Assembly: GCA_963811165.1 (NCBI GenBank)
Contig: CAWEQH010000010.1
Coordinates: 448,001 to 512,000 of the forward strand
Length of the DNA: 64,000 nt
Direction of reading: 5' to 3'
Origin: an uncultured Nitrospiraceae bacterium
GTDB taxonomy: Bacteria; Nitrospirota; Thermodesulfovibrionia; Thermodesulfovibrionales; UBA6898
The position numbers were made by a program, and so were the translations under genes. The notes under the pieces were generated by a model. That model had not been told where the DNA came from, did no database searches, and saw nothing but the letters and a program-made list of their open reading frames with translations. This document shows positions 29,214 through 39,062 of the stretch, in pieces; within the stretch, counting starts at the first letter, position 1, and the number at the start of each line of letters is the position of its first letter.

Positions 29214-30866
29214 CTACCTCCCTTTTACGGAATAAATATATAATACAACTCCGAGAGGATTTTCGCCCTTGAGAATATTGCCGAACTTCACCCCCATAAA
29301 AGGGCTTGCAAGGACCATAATCTGGTCCCCGGCAACTGCGTAGTCCTGTATACTCCCCGGCACTCCCTCTATGAGGACGCCCTCTTCCATCGAAAACCCG
29401 TTCCACCAGTAGTTCCTTATCTCGGACTTCTTATAGCCCAAGCTCTTCGCCATATCGGTCAGCGCGAACCTCTTGACCGCAAGTACCTCCCTGCTCCTCT
29501 GGAGCAGCCTGTCTTTCACGGACCATGAGCTGGAAGGAACATAGATCGCTGGGGACTGTTTTTTGAATGTGGTAAGGAAACCGCCGTTTGATGAGCCGCT
29601 CCTCCAGACCCTGATGCCCTTTTCGTTATAGAGGTTCAGGTAGCCGTCGTCGTCATAGGCCAGGATGTCTTTTTCCTTCGGTTCGCCTTCGACAAAGACG
29701 AAATCATAGATGTTGACCCCCTTGGGGGTCTTTATCGTATCGCCTTTCGTGAATGCACCGTCCCACTTGACGGAAAAGATATCCCCCGAAAAACCGTCGG
29801 AGTAGGCCTGCCCGACAAGTCCGTCTCCCAACCTCCTTAGGAAGTAATTACCTTCCCACAATTTCTTGAAGTCCGGACCTTCCGCCTTATAGACGGAGGA
29901 GACAACGGCATCGTTTCTCATAGAGGTCACAACGATCTCGTCCTTCCCGTCCTTGTCGAGGTCTATCGTGTCGATCCAGATATGATCGTCTTTCGCCGAG
30001 CCTTTTATCTCACCCATAGGGGTGAGATCTGCGCCCGCCAGGTATATCCTTATGTCTTTGCCTGTGCTGAGAATGATCTCTTGTTTGCCGTCTCCGTAGA
30101 CATCTCCGACCGCGATGAACCTCGCCCCGAAGGAAAGGTCGAACATCGTCATAGCCCCCCCTGCACTCGGCGCAAAGAACTCTTCCCCGAATTTGAGGTC
30201 CTTCGCGTAATCCGCCGGGACTTTCACCTCTGTGTCGACGAACTTCGCCCCGTCGTCCACCCAGTAGAGCCTCTCTCTCATCAGTATCGCCTTATCGGCC
30301 TCTTTCGCCGTGACTATCAAGGCCACCTCGGCCCCGGCCTTCTTCGCTTCCGCCAGGACCTTTGTTTCATCATCGGTCTCAAGAGCAGTGTCCACCATCT
30401 CTATCCTGCCGGTGGATTTCAGCTTCCGGTAAAAATCATCGGCCAGGTACCAATCGATGCTCTTATCCTGGCAAAAAAAGAGTCTCACCTTTGTCTCGGA
30501 GATCCTGACCCGGTCGCCCTCCTTCGCCTCGCCCTCGACGATCCTGCCCGATGACGACTCTGCCTGCGCGTCCTTGATCTCGATCTTCCCGACAGTCGCT
30601 TCGATATTGCCCAGAAGCTCCTTTGTCACAGGATGCACAAACGGAGCTCCCTCTCTCAGTACCCTCAGTCTCATACCCGGCCTGAGACCTTCTTTTTCTC
30701 CGATGGAAACGAATACCTTGCCGTTTTCCAGACGCACGACCTTTCCGGACTGCGGCTTGAAATACGCCATGGTATCGTCTTTCAGTTTCGTAACAGGGTC
30801 CTCCTGGGCGCCGAACGCCTGGACCGAAATAAAGAGGGCTATAAGGACAAATACTATACGCTTCAT
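29214..30866 (-). CDS. Exported protein with FG-GAP/VCBS-like repeats
   Basis: Signal peptide MKRIVFVLIALFISVQAFG; GDVYGDGKQEI and DLDKDGKDEI repeats; start overlaps the GH57 stop. Confidence 0.75.
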   Translation of the reverse strand: MKRIVFVLIALFISVQAFGAQEDPVTKLKDDTMAYFKPQSGKVVRLENGKVFVSIGEKEGLRPGMRLRVLREGAPFVHPVTKELLGNIEATVGKIEIKDAQAESSSGRIVEGEAKEGDRVRISETKVRLFFCQDKSIDWYLADDFYRKLKSTGRIEMVDTALETDDETKVLAEAKKAGAEVALIVTAKEADKAILMRERLYWVDDGAKFVDTEVKVPADYAKDLKFGEEFFAPSAGGAMTMFDLSFGARFIAVGDVYGDGKQEIILSTGKDIRIYLAGADLTPMGEIKGSAKDDHIWIDTIDLDKDGKDEIVVTSMRNDAVVSSVYKAEGPDFKKLWEGNYFLRRLGDGLVGQAYSDGFSGDIFSVKWDGAFTKGDTIKTPKGVNIYDFVFVEGEPKEKDILAYDDDGYLNLYNEKGIRVWRSGSSNGGFLTTFKKQSPAIYVPSSSWSVKDRLLQRSREVLAVKRFALTDMAKSLGYKKSEIRNYWWNGFSMEEGVLIEGVPGSIQDYAVAGDQIMVLASPFMGVKFGNILKGENPLGVVLYIYSVKGR

Positions 30867-32938
30867 CTTTTGTCCTCCCCGAATCTCATCGTAAACCACA
30901 TTTTTTTCCTCCCCTGCAAATCTATATTTCTTATAAAGAGAAAGCACGTCCCCTGGTAGAGCCTCTCGACGCCGTCTTCCGAAAGGGAGACCGTCTCGAC
31001 CGGATAATGCCAGAGGACCACGCCTTCGTTAAACGTAAAGTCAATGACAAGGTCCAGGTACTTGTCCCTGATGCTGAAATCCCTCACGTTGTCGTGCGTT
31101 TCCGTGCTGCGGATGGCCACAGTCTTTGGGCCTCGTTTGATAAGCGCGTGAGGGGAACCAAGCAGCGACATATTCATCTCTACCGCAAACAATCCGGAGT
31201 AAGCGCCTGTGAGCGAGTACTCAATCCTGATCTCCTTCGGACCGACGGGGGTCAGGGTTTTTTCTATCGCCACCTTACGCCCTCCGGCGAGGCCCTGCCT
31301 TGAAAAGGAAAGAGAAAAGGCATCACCCTTTTTTGAAGAGCGAACTGCGTATATGCCGTCGACAAAATCGCCGAGTTCTTCGTGCGAAGACCGTGCGATC
31401 TCCCCGACGGTCGTGCCCGCAGAGAAAAAACGGTCTATCAGGGAGTTTCTCCGGTACGAATCATACACAAGGTGGTCGGACAGGCCCGCCTCCTTCACCA
31501 TAAGCACGTCGTGGATCGTCCTGGTTTCCCCTGAAGCGAAATGCGATGCCGCCGCAAGCTTCGCGTGATATGCCTCGGGCCGTCGTGAAACGATATCAAA
31601 GATATTTACCCCCTGCGTGTAAAGAGACAGCTCCGAGATGCTGCCTCCCTTTTCGGTGGCCGCCAGGGCGTAGTGCTTGGTAGTTACCAGGACGTCGTCG
31701 AATCCGTCGCTGTCAAAATCGCCCTCTAAGACGGTGGTGCGGCCTTTAAGGATAGCGGCCGCTGAAGATTCCGCCCTGAGGAGGTGACGGTAGAGCGAGG
31801 ACCTCAGGTGCGGCAGATACAGACCGCCAAAGACGCCGTGCCAATACGCGTCGTTACACTGACCTTTCCAGAGTTCCATGAGGGCATTGCGTCCTTTCTT
31901 GGGATCCTTCCTCGCGGCCGCATGCACCTTCCGGCTGATCATGAACATCCTTTTGTGGATGTGGTTGGACTCGGGGTACTTCACCATAAAAGATCGCCAG
32001 ATCCCTCCCCTAAGAAGCTGTTTTGCCCTTTCTCCGGAGATCTTTTGCAACTCCTCAAGGACCCGCTCGTACTCAAGGCCCTCTTTCGGGGGCAGCGCCC
32101 ATACCCCCATTTCCCTGTAGGAAGCGGTCGGAAGGTATGTCCTTCCGAGGGGGCGGAATTTTGAGCGGTACTCTTTGAAGGTCGTCGTTTCTATCCAGTC
32201 CGAATTGCTCTCTATCGCGGAGAAGAAGCTGTCGAGCCAGCGCTGCTCATACACGTGTCTGAAAGTATTAGGCCAGACGCCGAATTTTTCTCCGTCGTCG
32301 GCCATCGTCAGGAGCGGATCACCGCCGCGCATAGCTATCTCCCTGAAATAGGAGACGATATCGTCGACTGTCCAAAACGGTATCATATATCTCAGTTTCT
32401 CGCTGCCCGGGAATACGCAAATTTCGTTTCCCCCGTCCTCGGTAATGTAGTAGCCCATGAGATCGGCCTCTTCAAGGCCGGTCAGTTTGAAGTGATGATC
32501 GTCGATAGGGACATACTCGATGCCCGCCTTCGCAATGAACCCCGGCATCTGGGGCTCCCACACCCTCTCGGCAAGCCACATGCCCCTCGGGGATTGTCCG
32601 AAGCGCTTCCTGATGTACCGAGACATTTCGCTCACCTGAAGCACCCTGTCCTTCTCCGGCAGCACAGGCAGGACCGGTTCGTAAAACCCTCCCGAAAGAA
32701 GCTCGACCCTTTCGGTTTCTGCGAGTGTCTTTATGATATCGAACGCCTCGGGATGTTTTTCCTCCATCCAAAGCAGAAGGTTGCCTGAATAATGAAGGAC
32801 GACCTTCAGTTGCGGGTGATTGAGGAGTGTCTCGAGAAACGGCAGATAGGACTTCCGGTAGCACTCCTCAAGGACATGCTCGAAATTGCCCACCGGCTGG
32901 TGGTTATGAAATGCGAGGACAAGATGAAGTTTAGACAT
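30863..32938 (-). CDS. GH57 alpha-amylase / 4-alpha-glucanotransferase
   Basis: HNHQPVGN, WLAERVW, DDGEKFG, QCNDAYWHGVFGGLY. Confidence 0.92.
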   Translation of the reverse strand: MSKLHLVLAFHNHQPVGNFEHVLEECYRKSYLPFLETLLNHPQLKVVLHYSGNLLLWMEEKHPEAFDIIKTLAETERVELLSGGFYEPVLPVLPEKDRVLQVSEMSRYIRKRFGQSPRGMWLAERVWEPQMPGFIAKAGIEYVPIDDHHFKLTGLEEADLMGYYITEDGGNEICVFPGSEKLRYMIPFWTVDDIVSYFREIAMRGGDPLLTMADDGEKFGVWPNTFRHVYEQRWLDSFFSAIESNSDWIETTTFKEYRSKFRPLGRTYLPTASYREMGVWALPPKEGLEYERVLEELQKISGERAKQLLRGGIWRSFMVKYPESNHIHKRMFMISRKVHAAARKDPKKGRNALMELWKGQCNDAYWHGVFGGLYLPHLRSSLYRHLLRAESSAAAILKGRTTVLEGDFDSDGFDDVLVTTKHYALAATEKGGSISELSLYTQGVNIFDIVSRRPEAYHAKLAAASHFASGETRTIHDVLMVKEAGLSDHLVYDSYRRNSLIDRFFSAGTTVGEIARSSHEELGDFVDGIYAVRSSKKGDAFSLSFSRQGLAGGRKVAIEKTLTPVGPKEIRIEYSLTGAYSGLFAVEMNMSLLGSPHALIKRGPKTVAIRSTETHDNVRDFSIRDKYLDLVIDFTFNEGVVLWHYPVETVSLSEDGVERLYQGTCFLFIRNIDLQGRKKMWFTMRFGEDKR

Positions 32939-33061
32939 TAATTATCCCTTAAAAGAAACTTGCAAATACGTTACCTCTCAAAAAAAAACGAATAAAAACA
33001 TGAATAAAAAACAATTATACAATATACCACAAACCGCAGACGGGTGGAAAGAAAGGGAGGG

Positions 33062-33185
33062 AGCCGCAGGCCCCCTATCAGGTTACGGATGTATTCCCAA
33101 AAGGATTACCTTTTCAGACAGCACCCGGCCCTGATGACATCAGGCGGTGCTTCACCTGCTGGGGAAAAATGTGCTGCCTGAGGCC
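33062..33185. ncRNA. Candidate structured RNA, family unassigned
   Basis: Nested stems GCCGCAGGC/GCCTGAGGC, CCCC..CAGG/CCTG..GGGG, AAAAGG/CCTTTT, AGCACC/GGTGCT, CCTGAT/ATCAGG in an intergenic region. Confidence 0.45.
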
Positions 33186-33193
33186 ACAACAGA

Positions 33194-34291
33194 TTACAGC
33201 ACTACGAGGTTGTCGCGGTGGATCGCTTCGTCGGAATATTTGTAGCCCAGTATTCTTTCAATCTCGGACGTCTTCCTCCCCATGATTTTCCTTATGTCCG
33301 AAGATGAATAATTGACGATGCCTTTTGCGATGCGCCGGCCTCCAAGGTCCGCGCAATTCACCGAATCTCCAAGGTCAAAATCACCCTCCACTGAGACAAT
33401 GCCCGAAGGAAGAAGGCTCTTGCCCATGCCGGTTAGGGCCTTGACCGCACCGTCATCGAGGATGAGCGAACCCTTCGTCCGGCTGCTGTAGGCGATCCAT
33501 CCTTTCCTGTGTGAGAGCCTGCATGGCCCGGGCCTGAAAAACGTGCCGTGTTGTTTGCCGCTGAGTATCGCCTTGATCAGCCCCTTTTTCTTTCCGCTTA
33601 TGATGTTGACCGGGATACAGTGGGAGACCGCCTTTTTTGCAGCCAGCACCTTCGAATACATGCCGCCGGTCCCGACGCTGCTGCCTGTTCGGCCGGAGCT
33701 TTTTTCGATCTCCTTCGTGATCTCTTCCACACACGATACGAGCTCCGCCCGCGGATTGAACCTCGGGTCCTCCGTATAGAGACCTTCCACATCCGAAAGG
33801 ATCACGAGCCTGTCGGCCTCGGTAAGTACCGCGACGAGGGCCGCAAGGTTATCGTTGTCGCCAAATTTGATCTCGTCAGTGGCGACAGTATCGTTTTCGT
33901 TTACAATCGGCACGACGCCGTAAGAGAGCAACGTCAGAAGTGTATTTTTAGAGTTGATATACCGCTTCCTGTCCGAAAAATCCTCCTGCGTAAGAAGCAC
34001 CTGTGCCACCTTGGCATCAAACTCGCCGAAGCTTTTTTCATAGGCCCACATGAGGCTGCTCTGACCGACGGCTGCAGCGGCCTGCTTGAGCTGTATGTCC
34101 CTGGGCTTTTGCGTAAGCCCGAGCTTGCGCATACCTGCCGCGACCGCGCCGGAAGAGACGATCACGACCTCGTATCCCTCACTCTTCAGTTCCGCGATAT
34201 CTGCGGCGATGGACGAGATGCGTTTGGTATTGAGCCCTTCTTTTTCATCGGCAAGGATGTTGCTGCCGATCTTTACTACGAGTCTTTTCAT
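33194..34291 (-). CDS. proB: Glutamate 5-kinase with PUA domain
   Basis: VVKIGS, SSGAV, NENDTV, FGDND, GTGGM, IHRDNL. Confidence 0.97.
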   Translation of the reverse strand: MKRLVVKIGSNILADEKEGLNTKRISSIAADIAELKSEGYEVVIVSSGAVAAGMRKLGLTQKPRDIQLKQAAAAVGQSSLMWAYEKSFGEFDAKVAQVLLTQEDFSDRKRYINSKNTLLTLLSYGVVPIVNENDTVATDEIKFGDNDNLAALVAVLTEADRLVILSDVEGLYTEDPRFNPRAELVSCVEEITKEIEKSSGRTGSSVGTGGMYSKVLAAKKAVSHCIPVNIISGKKKGLIKAILSGKQHGTFFRPGPCRLSHRKGWIAYSSRTKGSLILDDGAVKALTGMGKSLLPSGIVSVEGDFDLGDSVNCADLGGRRIAKGIVNYSSSDIRKIMGRKTSEIERILGYKYSDEAIHRDNLVVL

Positions 34292-34361
34292 CCAGAAAAA
34301 TTATACATTACGGGACAAGTGGTTGTCATTACCGCCTGAATAATTCCGGCGGAAAAAGACC

Positions 34362-35930
34362 CTATTCTTCTCCTTTAAGAAGCTTGTAATCGACGCTGTC
34401 GACGAGCGCCTGGTAAGATGCCTCGATGATGTTCTCAGAAACCCCGACAGTGCCCCACCGGCTTTCTTTGTCGCCGGATTCCACGAGTACACGCACCTTG
34501 GCACTCGTGCCTTTGCCGGCCGTGAGGACCCTGACCTTATAGTCATGCAGTTTCACATCCTTCAGGCCCGGATAGAATTTCTCGAGTGCTTTTCTCAGGG
34601 CGTTGTCCAGAGCGTTCACCGGGCCCTTGCCGGTCGCCGCGGTATGCTCGATATGCCCCCCGACCTTGACCATGATCGTGGCCTCGCTGATAGGGTCTTC
34701 CCCCTCTTTTCGTTTCTCGACGATCAGCCTGAACCCCATGAGTTCGAAGAACTTTTTGTGAAGGCCGAGAGACTTCTTCATAAGCAGTTCAAACGACGCC
34801 TCGGCGCCCTCGAACTGGAAGCCCTGGTTTTCGAGGTCCTTCAGTTTCGTCACGATGTCCTGGATCTGGACGGAATCGCTCGATAGTTTTATGCCGAACT
34901 CTTCCGCCTTCCGCAGGATATTGCTCTTTCCGGCAAGGTCGGATATCAACACCCTCTGGGAATTCCCGACAAGCTCAGGCCTGATGTGTTCATATGTCTC
35001 TGGCCGCTTCTGTATCGCGCTTACGTGCATGCCGCCCTTATGCGCAAAGGCGCTGTCGCCGGTATAGGGCTGGCGTTTAAAGTGCCGGAGGTTGGCGATT
35101 TCCGTAACAAAGCGCGAGACGTCCCTCAACTTCTTAAGCTGCTCGGATGTAATGCACTGCATGCCCAGCTTGAGCTGGATGTTCGGTATGATCGATATGA
35201 GGTTGGCGTTGCCGCACCTCTCGCCGAGGCCGTTAATAGTCCCCTGAACCTGGGAGGCCCCCAGCTCTATACCCGACACCGAATTTGCAACTGCGCATTC
35301 GATGTCGTTATGGACATGCACGCCTATCGGCGTGCTGTATCCCTTTACCGCCTTTTTCACTATTTCCTCAAAGACGGAGGTGATGGTCCCGCCGTTGGTA
35401 TCGCAGAGCACGAGGCAGTCGGCCCCGGCATCCTGCGCAGCCTGCAGGCATTTGAGGGCGTACTTGGGGTTATGGATATACCCGTCGAAGAAATGCTCCG
35501 CGTCGAAGAAAACCTTGTCCGCGTGCTTTTTCAGAAAGGCCACGGAATCATGTATGATCTCGATGTTTTCCTCAAGCGGGACCCTCAGGGCCTCCTTCAC
35601 ATGGAAGTCCCATGTCTTTCCGAATATCGTGATGACCGGGGTTGCCGCCTCGACAAGGGCCTTCATCGTCTCATCGTGCGCAGGCTTTTTCTTGGGCCGG
35701 TGCGTGCTGCCGAAGGCGACCACCTTTGAATTTACCAGATTTACTCTGGAGACCTTCCTGAAATATTCGATGTCCCTCGGGTTTGAGCCGGGATATCCGC
35801 CCTCGATGTAATGGACGCCTAGTTCATCGAGCTTTTCGGTGATCCTCAACTTGTCCTCGACTGAAAAAGCAATATCTTCGGACTGCGCTCCGTCCCTGAG
35901 GGTCGTATCATATATTTCGATCTTCCGCAT
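34362..35930 (-). CDS. cimA: Citramalate synthase (LeuA family)
   Basis: YDTTLRDGAQ, FDAEHFFDG, GERCGN, AFAHKGGMH, GPVNALD. Confidence 0.92.
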   Translation of the reverse strand: MRKIEIYDTTLRDGAQSEDIAFSVEDKLRITEKLDELGVHYIEGGYPGSNPRDIEYFRKVSRVNLVNSKVVAFGSTHRPKKKPAHDETMKALVEAATPVITIFGKTWDFHVKEALRVPLEENIEIIHDSVAFLKKHADKVFFDAEHFFDGYIHNPKYALKCLQAAQDAGADCLVLCDTNGGTITSVFEEIVKKAVKGYSTPIGVHVHNDIECAVANSVSGIELGASQVQGTINGLGERCGNANLISIIPNIQLKLGMQCITSEQLKKLRDVSRFVTEIANLRHFKRQPYTGDSAFAHKGGMHVSAIQKRPETYEHIRPELVGNSQRVLISDLAGKSNILRKAEEFGIKLSSDSVQIQDIVTKLKDLENQGFQFEGAEASFELLMKKSLGLHKKFFELMGFRLIVEKRKEGEDPISEATIMVKVGGHIEHTAATGKGPVNALDNALRKALEKFYPGLKDVKLHDYKVRVLTAGKGTSAKVRVLVESGDKESRWGTVGVSENIIEASYQALVDSVDYKLLKGEE

Positions 35931-35935
35931 GAGCG

Positions 35936-37168
35936 TTATGCCCTGGCCGCTTCGGCAAGACCGAAGGCGTCGTGGAGCACCCTTACGGCAAGTTCCGTGA
36001 ATTTAAGATCGATGACGCAGGAGACCTTTATCTCGGAGGTGCTGATCATGACGATGTTTATCCCGTGGCCGGCGAGGGTCTGAAACATCTTTGCGGCAAC
36101 GCCTGAATGGGTCCTCATGCCGACGCCGACTATCGATACCTTGCTTATGTCTTCCCTCAGGTCCACTCTCTTTGCGCCGAGTTCTTTCGCTATCTTCTCC
36201 GTCACCTCGACCGCCCGCCTCGAATCGGTCCTGGGTGCGGTAAAGGAGATGTCCGCTGATTTGCCGTCGCTGCTGACGTTTTGAACAATCATATCGACCA
36301 CGATGTTCGATGAGGCTATGAGGTCGAAAATCTTGGCCGCGACCCCAGGCCTGTCGGGGACGTCCACGATCGTAATCTTCGCCTGGTTCTTATCATATGC
36401 TACGCCTGATACCACCACATTCTCCATCTCTTTATCCTCCTCAACGACAAGTGTTCCGGGGTTATCGTTAAAGCTCGACCTGACAACCACAGGCACATTG
36501 TACTTCATCGCGAATTCGACCGACCTGGCCTGAAGGACCTTCGCACCCAGACTTGCGAGCTCAAGCATCTCCTCGTAGGAAATCTTATCGAGCTTTCTCG
36601 CCTCCGGCACAATATTCGGATCGGTCGTATAGACGCCGTCGACGTCGGTGTAGATCTCGCAGAGGTCGGCCTTGATTGCAGCGGCAACCGCCACTGCCGA
36701 AAGGTCCGATCCGCCCCTGCCCAGTGTAGTCACGTCCGTATCGCCCTCGGTGATTCCCTGAAAACCCGCGATGACCACGATGTAGCCGTCGCTAAGGGCC
36801 TTCCTTACCCTCTCGCCGGTAATCCGCTCTATCCTTGCCTTTGTATGGACCGTATCCGTAATGATGCCGGCCTGCCTTCCGGTCATCGACTTCGCCTTAT
36901 GACCAAGCGCCTCAACCGCCATCGCAGTCAGGGCGGACGTCACGCGCTCACCCGAGGAGAGGAGCATGTCCATCTCCCTTTCGTTGGGCGAATGGGATAT
37001 CTTTTGGGCAAACCCGATAAGCTTGTCCGTCTCACCGGACATGGCCGATACGACCACCACTACCTGGTTGCCTTTGTCAGCGGTCTTTACGACACGCTCG
37101 GCGACCGCCTTTATCCTCTCTGTAGTGCCTACAGAGGTGCCTCCGTATTTCTGGACTATCAGCGCCAA
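35936..37168 (-). CDS. lysC: Aspartate kinase
   Basis: [17 protein letters not shown], two ACT domains; TTG start after RBS GGAGG. Confidence 0.96.
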   Translation of the reverse strand: MALIVQKYGGTSVGTTERIKAVAERVVKTADKGNQVVVVVSAMSGETDKLIGFAQKISHSPNEREMDMLLSSGERVTSALTAMAVEALGHKAKSMTGRQAGIITDTVHTKARIERITGERVRKALSDGYIVVIAGFQGITEGDTDVTTLGRGGSDLSAVAVAAAIKADLCEIYTDVDGVYTTDPNIVPEARKLDKISYEEMLELASLGAKVLQARSVEFAMKYNVPVVVRSSFNDNPGTLVVEEDKEMENVVVSGVAYDKNQAKITIVDVPDRPGVAAKIFDLIASSNIVVDMIVQNVSSDGKSADISFTAPRTDSRRAVEVTEKIAKELGAKRVDLREDISKVSIVGVGMRTHSGVAAKMFQTLAGHGINIVMISTSEIKVSCVIDLKFTELAVRVLHDAFGLAEAARA

Positions 37169-37213
37169 CTTTCTCCTCCACACACATATGACTTAACGAT
37201 CAGGAGCGCCATA

Positions 37214-38425
37214 TCACTTCCCCTTGATAAAGAAGTCCATCAATGTGTGGCCTTCTTCGAAGGACATCGCATCGGCCCTCTCAGTGATCTTCTCATCGAA
37301 CTGCGTCCCTTTGTTCTTCCTCACGTCCCGGCTGTCAAACAGGACAAACGGGACGGGATCACCGGTATGCGTCCTCATTTCTACAGGCGTCGGATGATCC
37401 GGCAGAAGCAGGATCCTGCAGTCTCCAAGCGCCTTTGCCCCTTTCATCACGGTCCCGACCACGAGCCTGTCGAAGTCCTCGATCGCCGTTATCTTGTCTT
37501 TGATATTACCCGAGTGGCCCGCCTCATCAGGGGCCTCGACATGGATATACACGAAGTCCACCTCTGTAAGCGATTTAAGCGCGGCATCTGCCTTGCCTTT
37601 ATAGTTCGTATCGAGATAGCCGGTAATGCCAGGAACATCGAGTATGCGGAACCCCGCGTATATACCGAGTCCCTTCGTGAGGTCCACCGCCGATATAAGG
37701 GCGCCTTCGAGCAAATATTTCTTTCGGAACGTCGGAAGAGTCGGTTTCTTCCCCTGTCCCCATAGCCAGATGCTGTTGCCGGGGTTCTTGCCCTCTTCCA
37801 TCCTCTTTCTGTTTACGGGGTGGTCCGTCAAGAAATCCACGGAATCGATCATGATCTTTCTGATCAGTTCTTCGCCGCTCCCCACCGGCAGATAATCCAA
37901 AATGTTCTTGCCGATGATATCGTGGGGCGGCACGCATTCCAGATCGGACGACCCGTCGGACCAGACCATAAGGTGCCGGTAACTCACTCCGGGATAAAAC
38001 CTGATACGCTTGGAGCCCAGTTGGGCATTGACCTCCCTTATCAATTCCCGAGCCTCCTCCGTCGTGATATGGCCGCTGCTATAGTCCTCCATTATTGCCC
38101 GGGTCCTTCTCCTGTCGTACTTGAGCGTGACGAGATTGCAGCGGAAGGCGACGTCATTTTTCCCCAGTTTCACTCCGATGCTTGCGGCCTCAAGAGGCGC
38201 CCTCCCCGAGTAATACCTGTGCGGGTCGTATCCGAGTATGCTCAGATTTGCAACGTCAGAACCCGGATGCATGTCCTCAGGTACGGTCCTTACTCTCCCC
38301 AAAATGCCGCTGACAGCAAGCCTGTCCATGTTCGGCGTCGACGCCTTCTCAAGCGCAGTCTTGCCGCCGAGTTCCTTGAGAGGCCTATCAGCCATCCCGT
38401 CTCCGACTATCACGATATATTTCAT
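37214..38425 (-). CDS. apgM: Cofactor-independent phosphoglycerate mutase family (ApgM)
   Basis: GDGMAD, PGSDVANL, GVSYRH, HVEAPDEAGH, PDHPTP. Confidence 0.9.
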   Translation of the reverse strand: MKYIVIVGDGMADRPLKELGGKTALEKASTPNMDRLAVSGILGRVRTVPEDMHPGSDVANLSILGYDPHRYYSGRAPLEAASIGVKLGKNDVAFRCNLVTLKYDRRRTRAIMEDYSSGHITTEEARELIREVNAQLGSKRIRFYPGVSYRHLMVWSDGSSDLECVPPHDIIGKNILDYLPVGSGEELIRKIMIDSVDFLTDHPVNRKRMEEGKNPGNSIWLWGQGKKPTLPTFRKKYLLEGALISAVDLTKGLGIYAGFRILDVPGITGYLDTNYKGKADAALKSLTEVDFVYIHVEAPDEAGHSGNIKDKITAIEDFDRLVVGTVMKGAKALGDCRILLLPDHPTPVEMRTHTGDPVPFVLFDSRDVRKNKGTQFDEKITERADAMSFEEGHTLMDFFIKGK

Positions 38426-38491
38426 AAGATTTCCTTAATGACCAGAGCAACTTCATACAATAGGGCGCCGTTTCTCCGAAGATTCGCCCCC

Positions 38492-38728
38492 CTATTCTAT
38501 GACGTCACCCTCGACAAGTTCGACCTCAATACCTTTTCCCTTAAGCCAGTGTATTCCCTTATCGAGGTCTTCTTCCGTACCCTCGAGCTCAAGTATCATC
38601 TCCCCGACAGTCTCCGTCACCCTTGCCCTTCTTATGTTGGGCATTACATTAAACTGCCTTGCCATCGTAAAAATCACCGGCTCCTTGATGAGCTGCGGCG
38701 GGAATGTCAGTTTTACCCTCTTTTTCAT
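38492..38728 (-). CDS. NIL domain protein
   Basis: MKKRVKLTFP...EPVI...NIRRA...GEMILELEG; ATG overlaps the upstream TGA. Confidence 0.85.
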   Translation of the reverse strand: MKKRVKLTFPPQLIKEPVIFTMARQFNVMPNIRRARVTETVGEMILELEGTEEDLDKGIHWLKGKGIEVELVEGDVIE

Positions 38729-39042
38729 CACCCCTCCACGCACCGATGGGCGTCTCCCTGCAGACACGACGCGCCCCCTGCAATAGCGGGTACGATCGAG
38801 ACCTCGTCTCCATCTTTTACGACGGTCTCCTCGGCATTGAGGAAACGTATATCTTCGTCGTTTACGTAGATGTTGACGAACCTGCGGATTTTACCGTTCT
38901 CGGAGATCCTCTCTGCGATCCCGGGAAATTTCTTCTCAAGATCGTTGACGAGCTCGATTACCTTCCCGGGTACTGCTTCGACCTCTTCCTTCCCCTGCGT
39001 CAACCGCTGAAGAGGGGTCGGGATCCTTACCTTTACTGGCAT
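38728..39042 (-). CDS. MoaD/ThiS (CysO-like) sulfur carrier with C-terminal extension
   Basis: VRIPTPLQ...RFVNIYVNDEDIRF...DGDEVSIVPAIAGG-ASCLQGDAHRCVEG. Confidence 0.9.
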   Translation of the reverse strand: MPVKVRIPTPLQRLTQGKEEVEAVPGKVIELVNDLEKKFPGIAERISENGKIRRFVNIYVNDEDIRFLNAEETVVKDGDEVSIVPAIAGGASCLQGDAHRCVEG

Positions 39043-39062
39043 GTATTTTTCCTCCTTATCGG

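Noticed and set aside
33125..33175. Hammerhead-like CTGATGA...GAAA
   Set aside because: Stem I cannot form next to the candidate cleavage triplet
33062..33185. Cobalamin riboswitch resemblance (AGGTG...TGAAAAGG...CCGTAA)
   Set aside because: No B12 box or GGGAA core, and the downstream gene is unrelated
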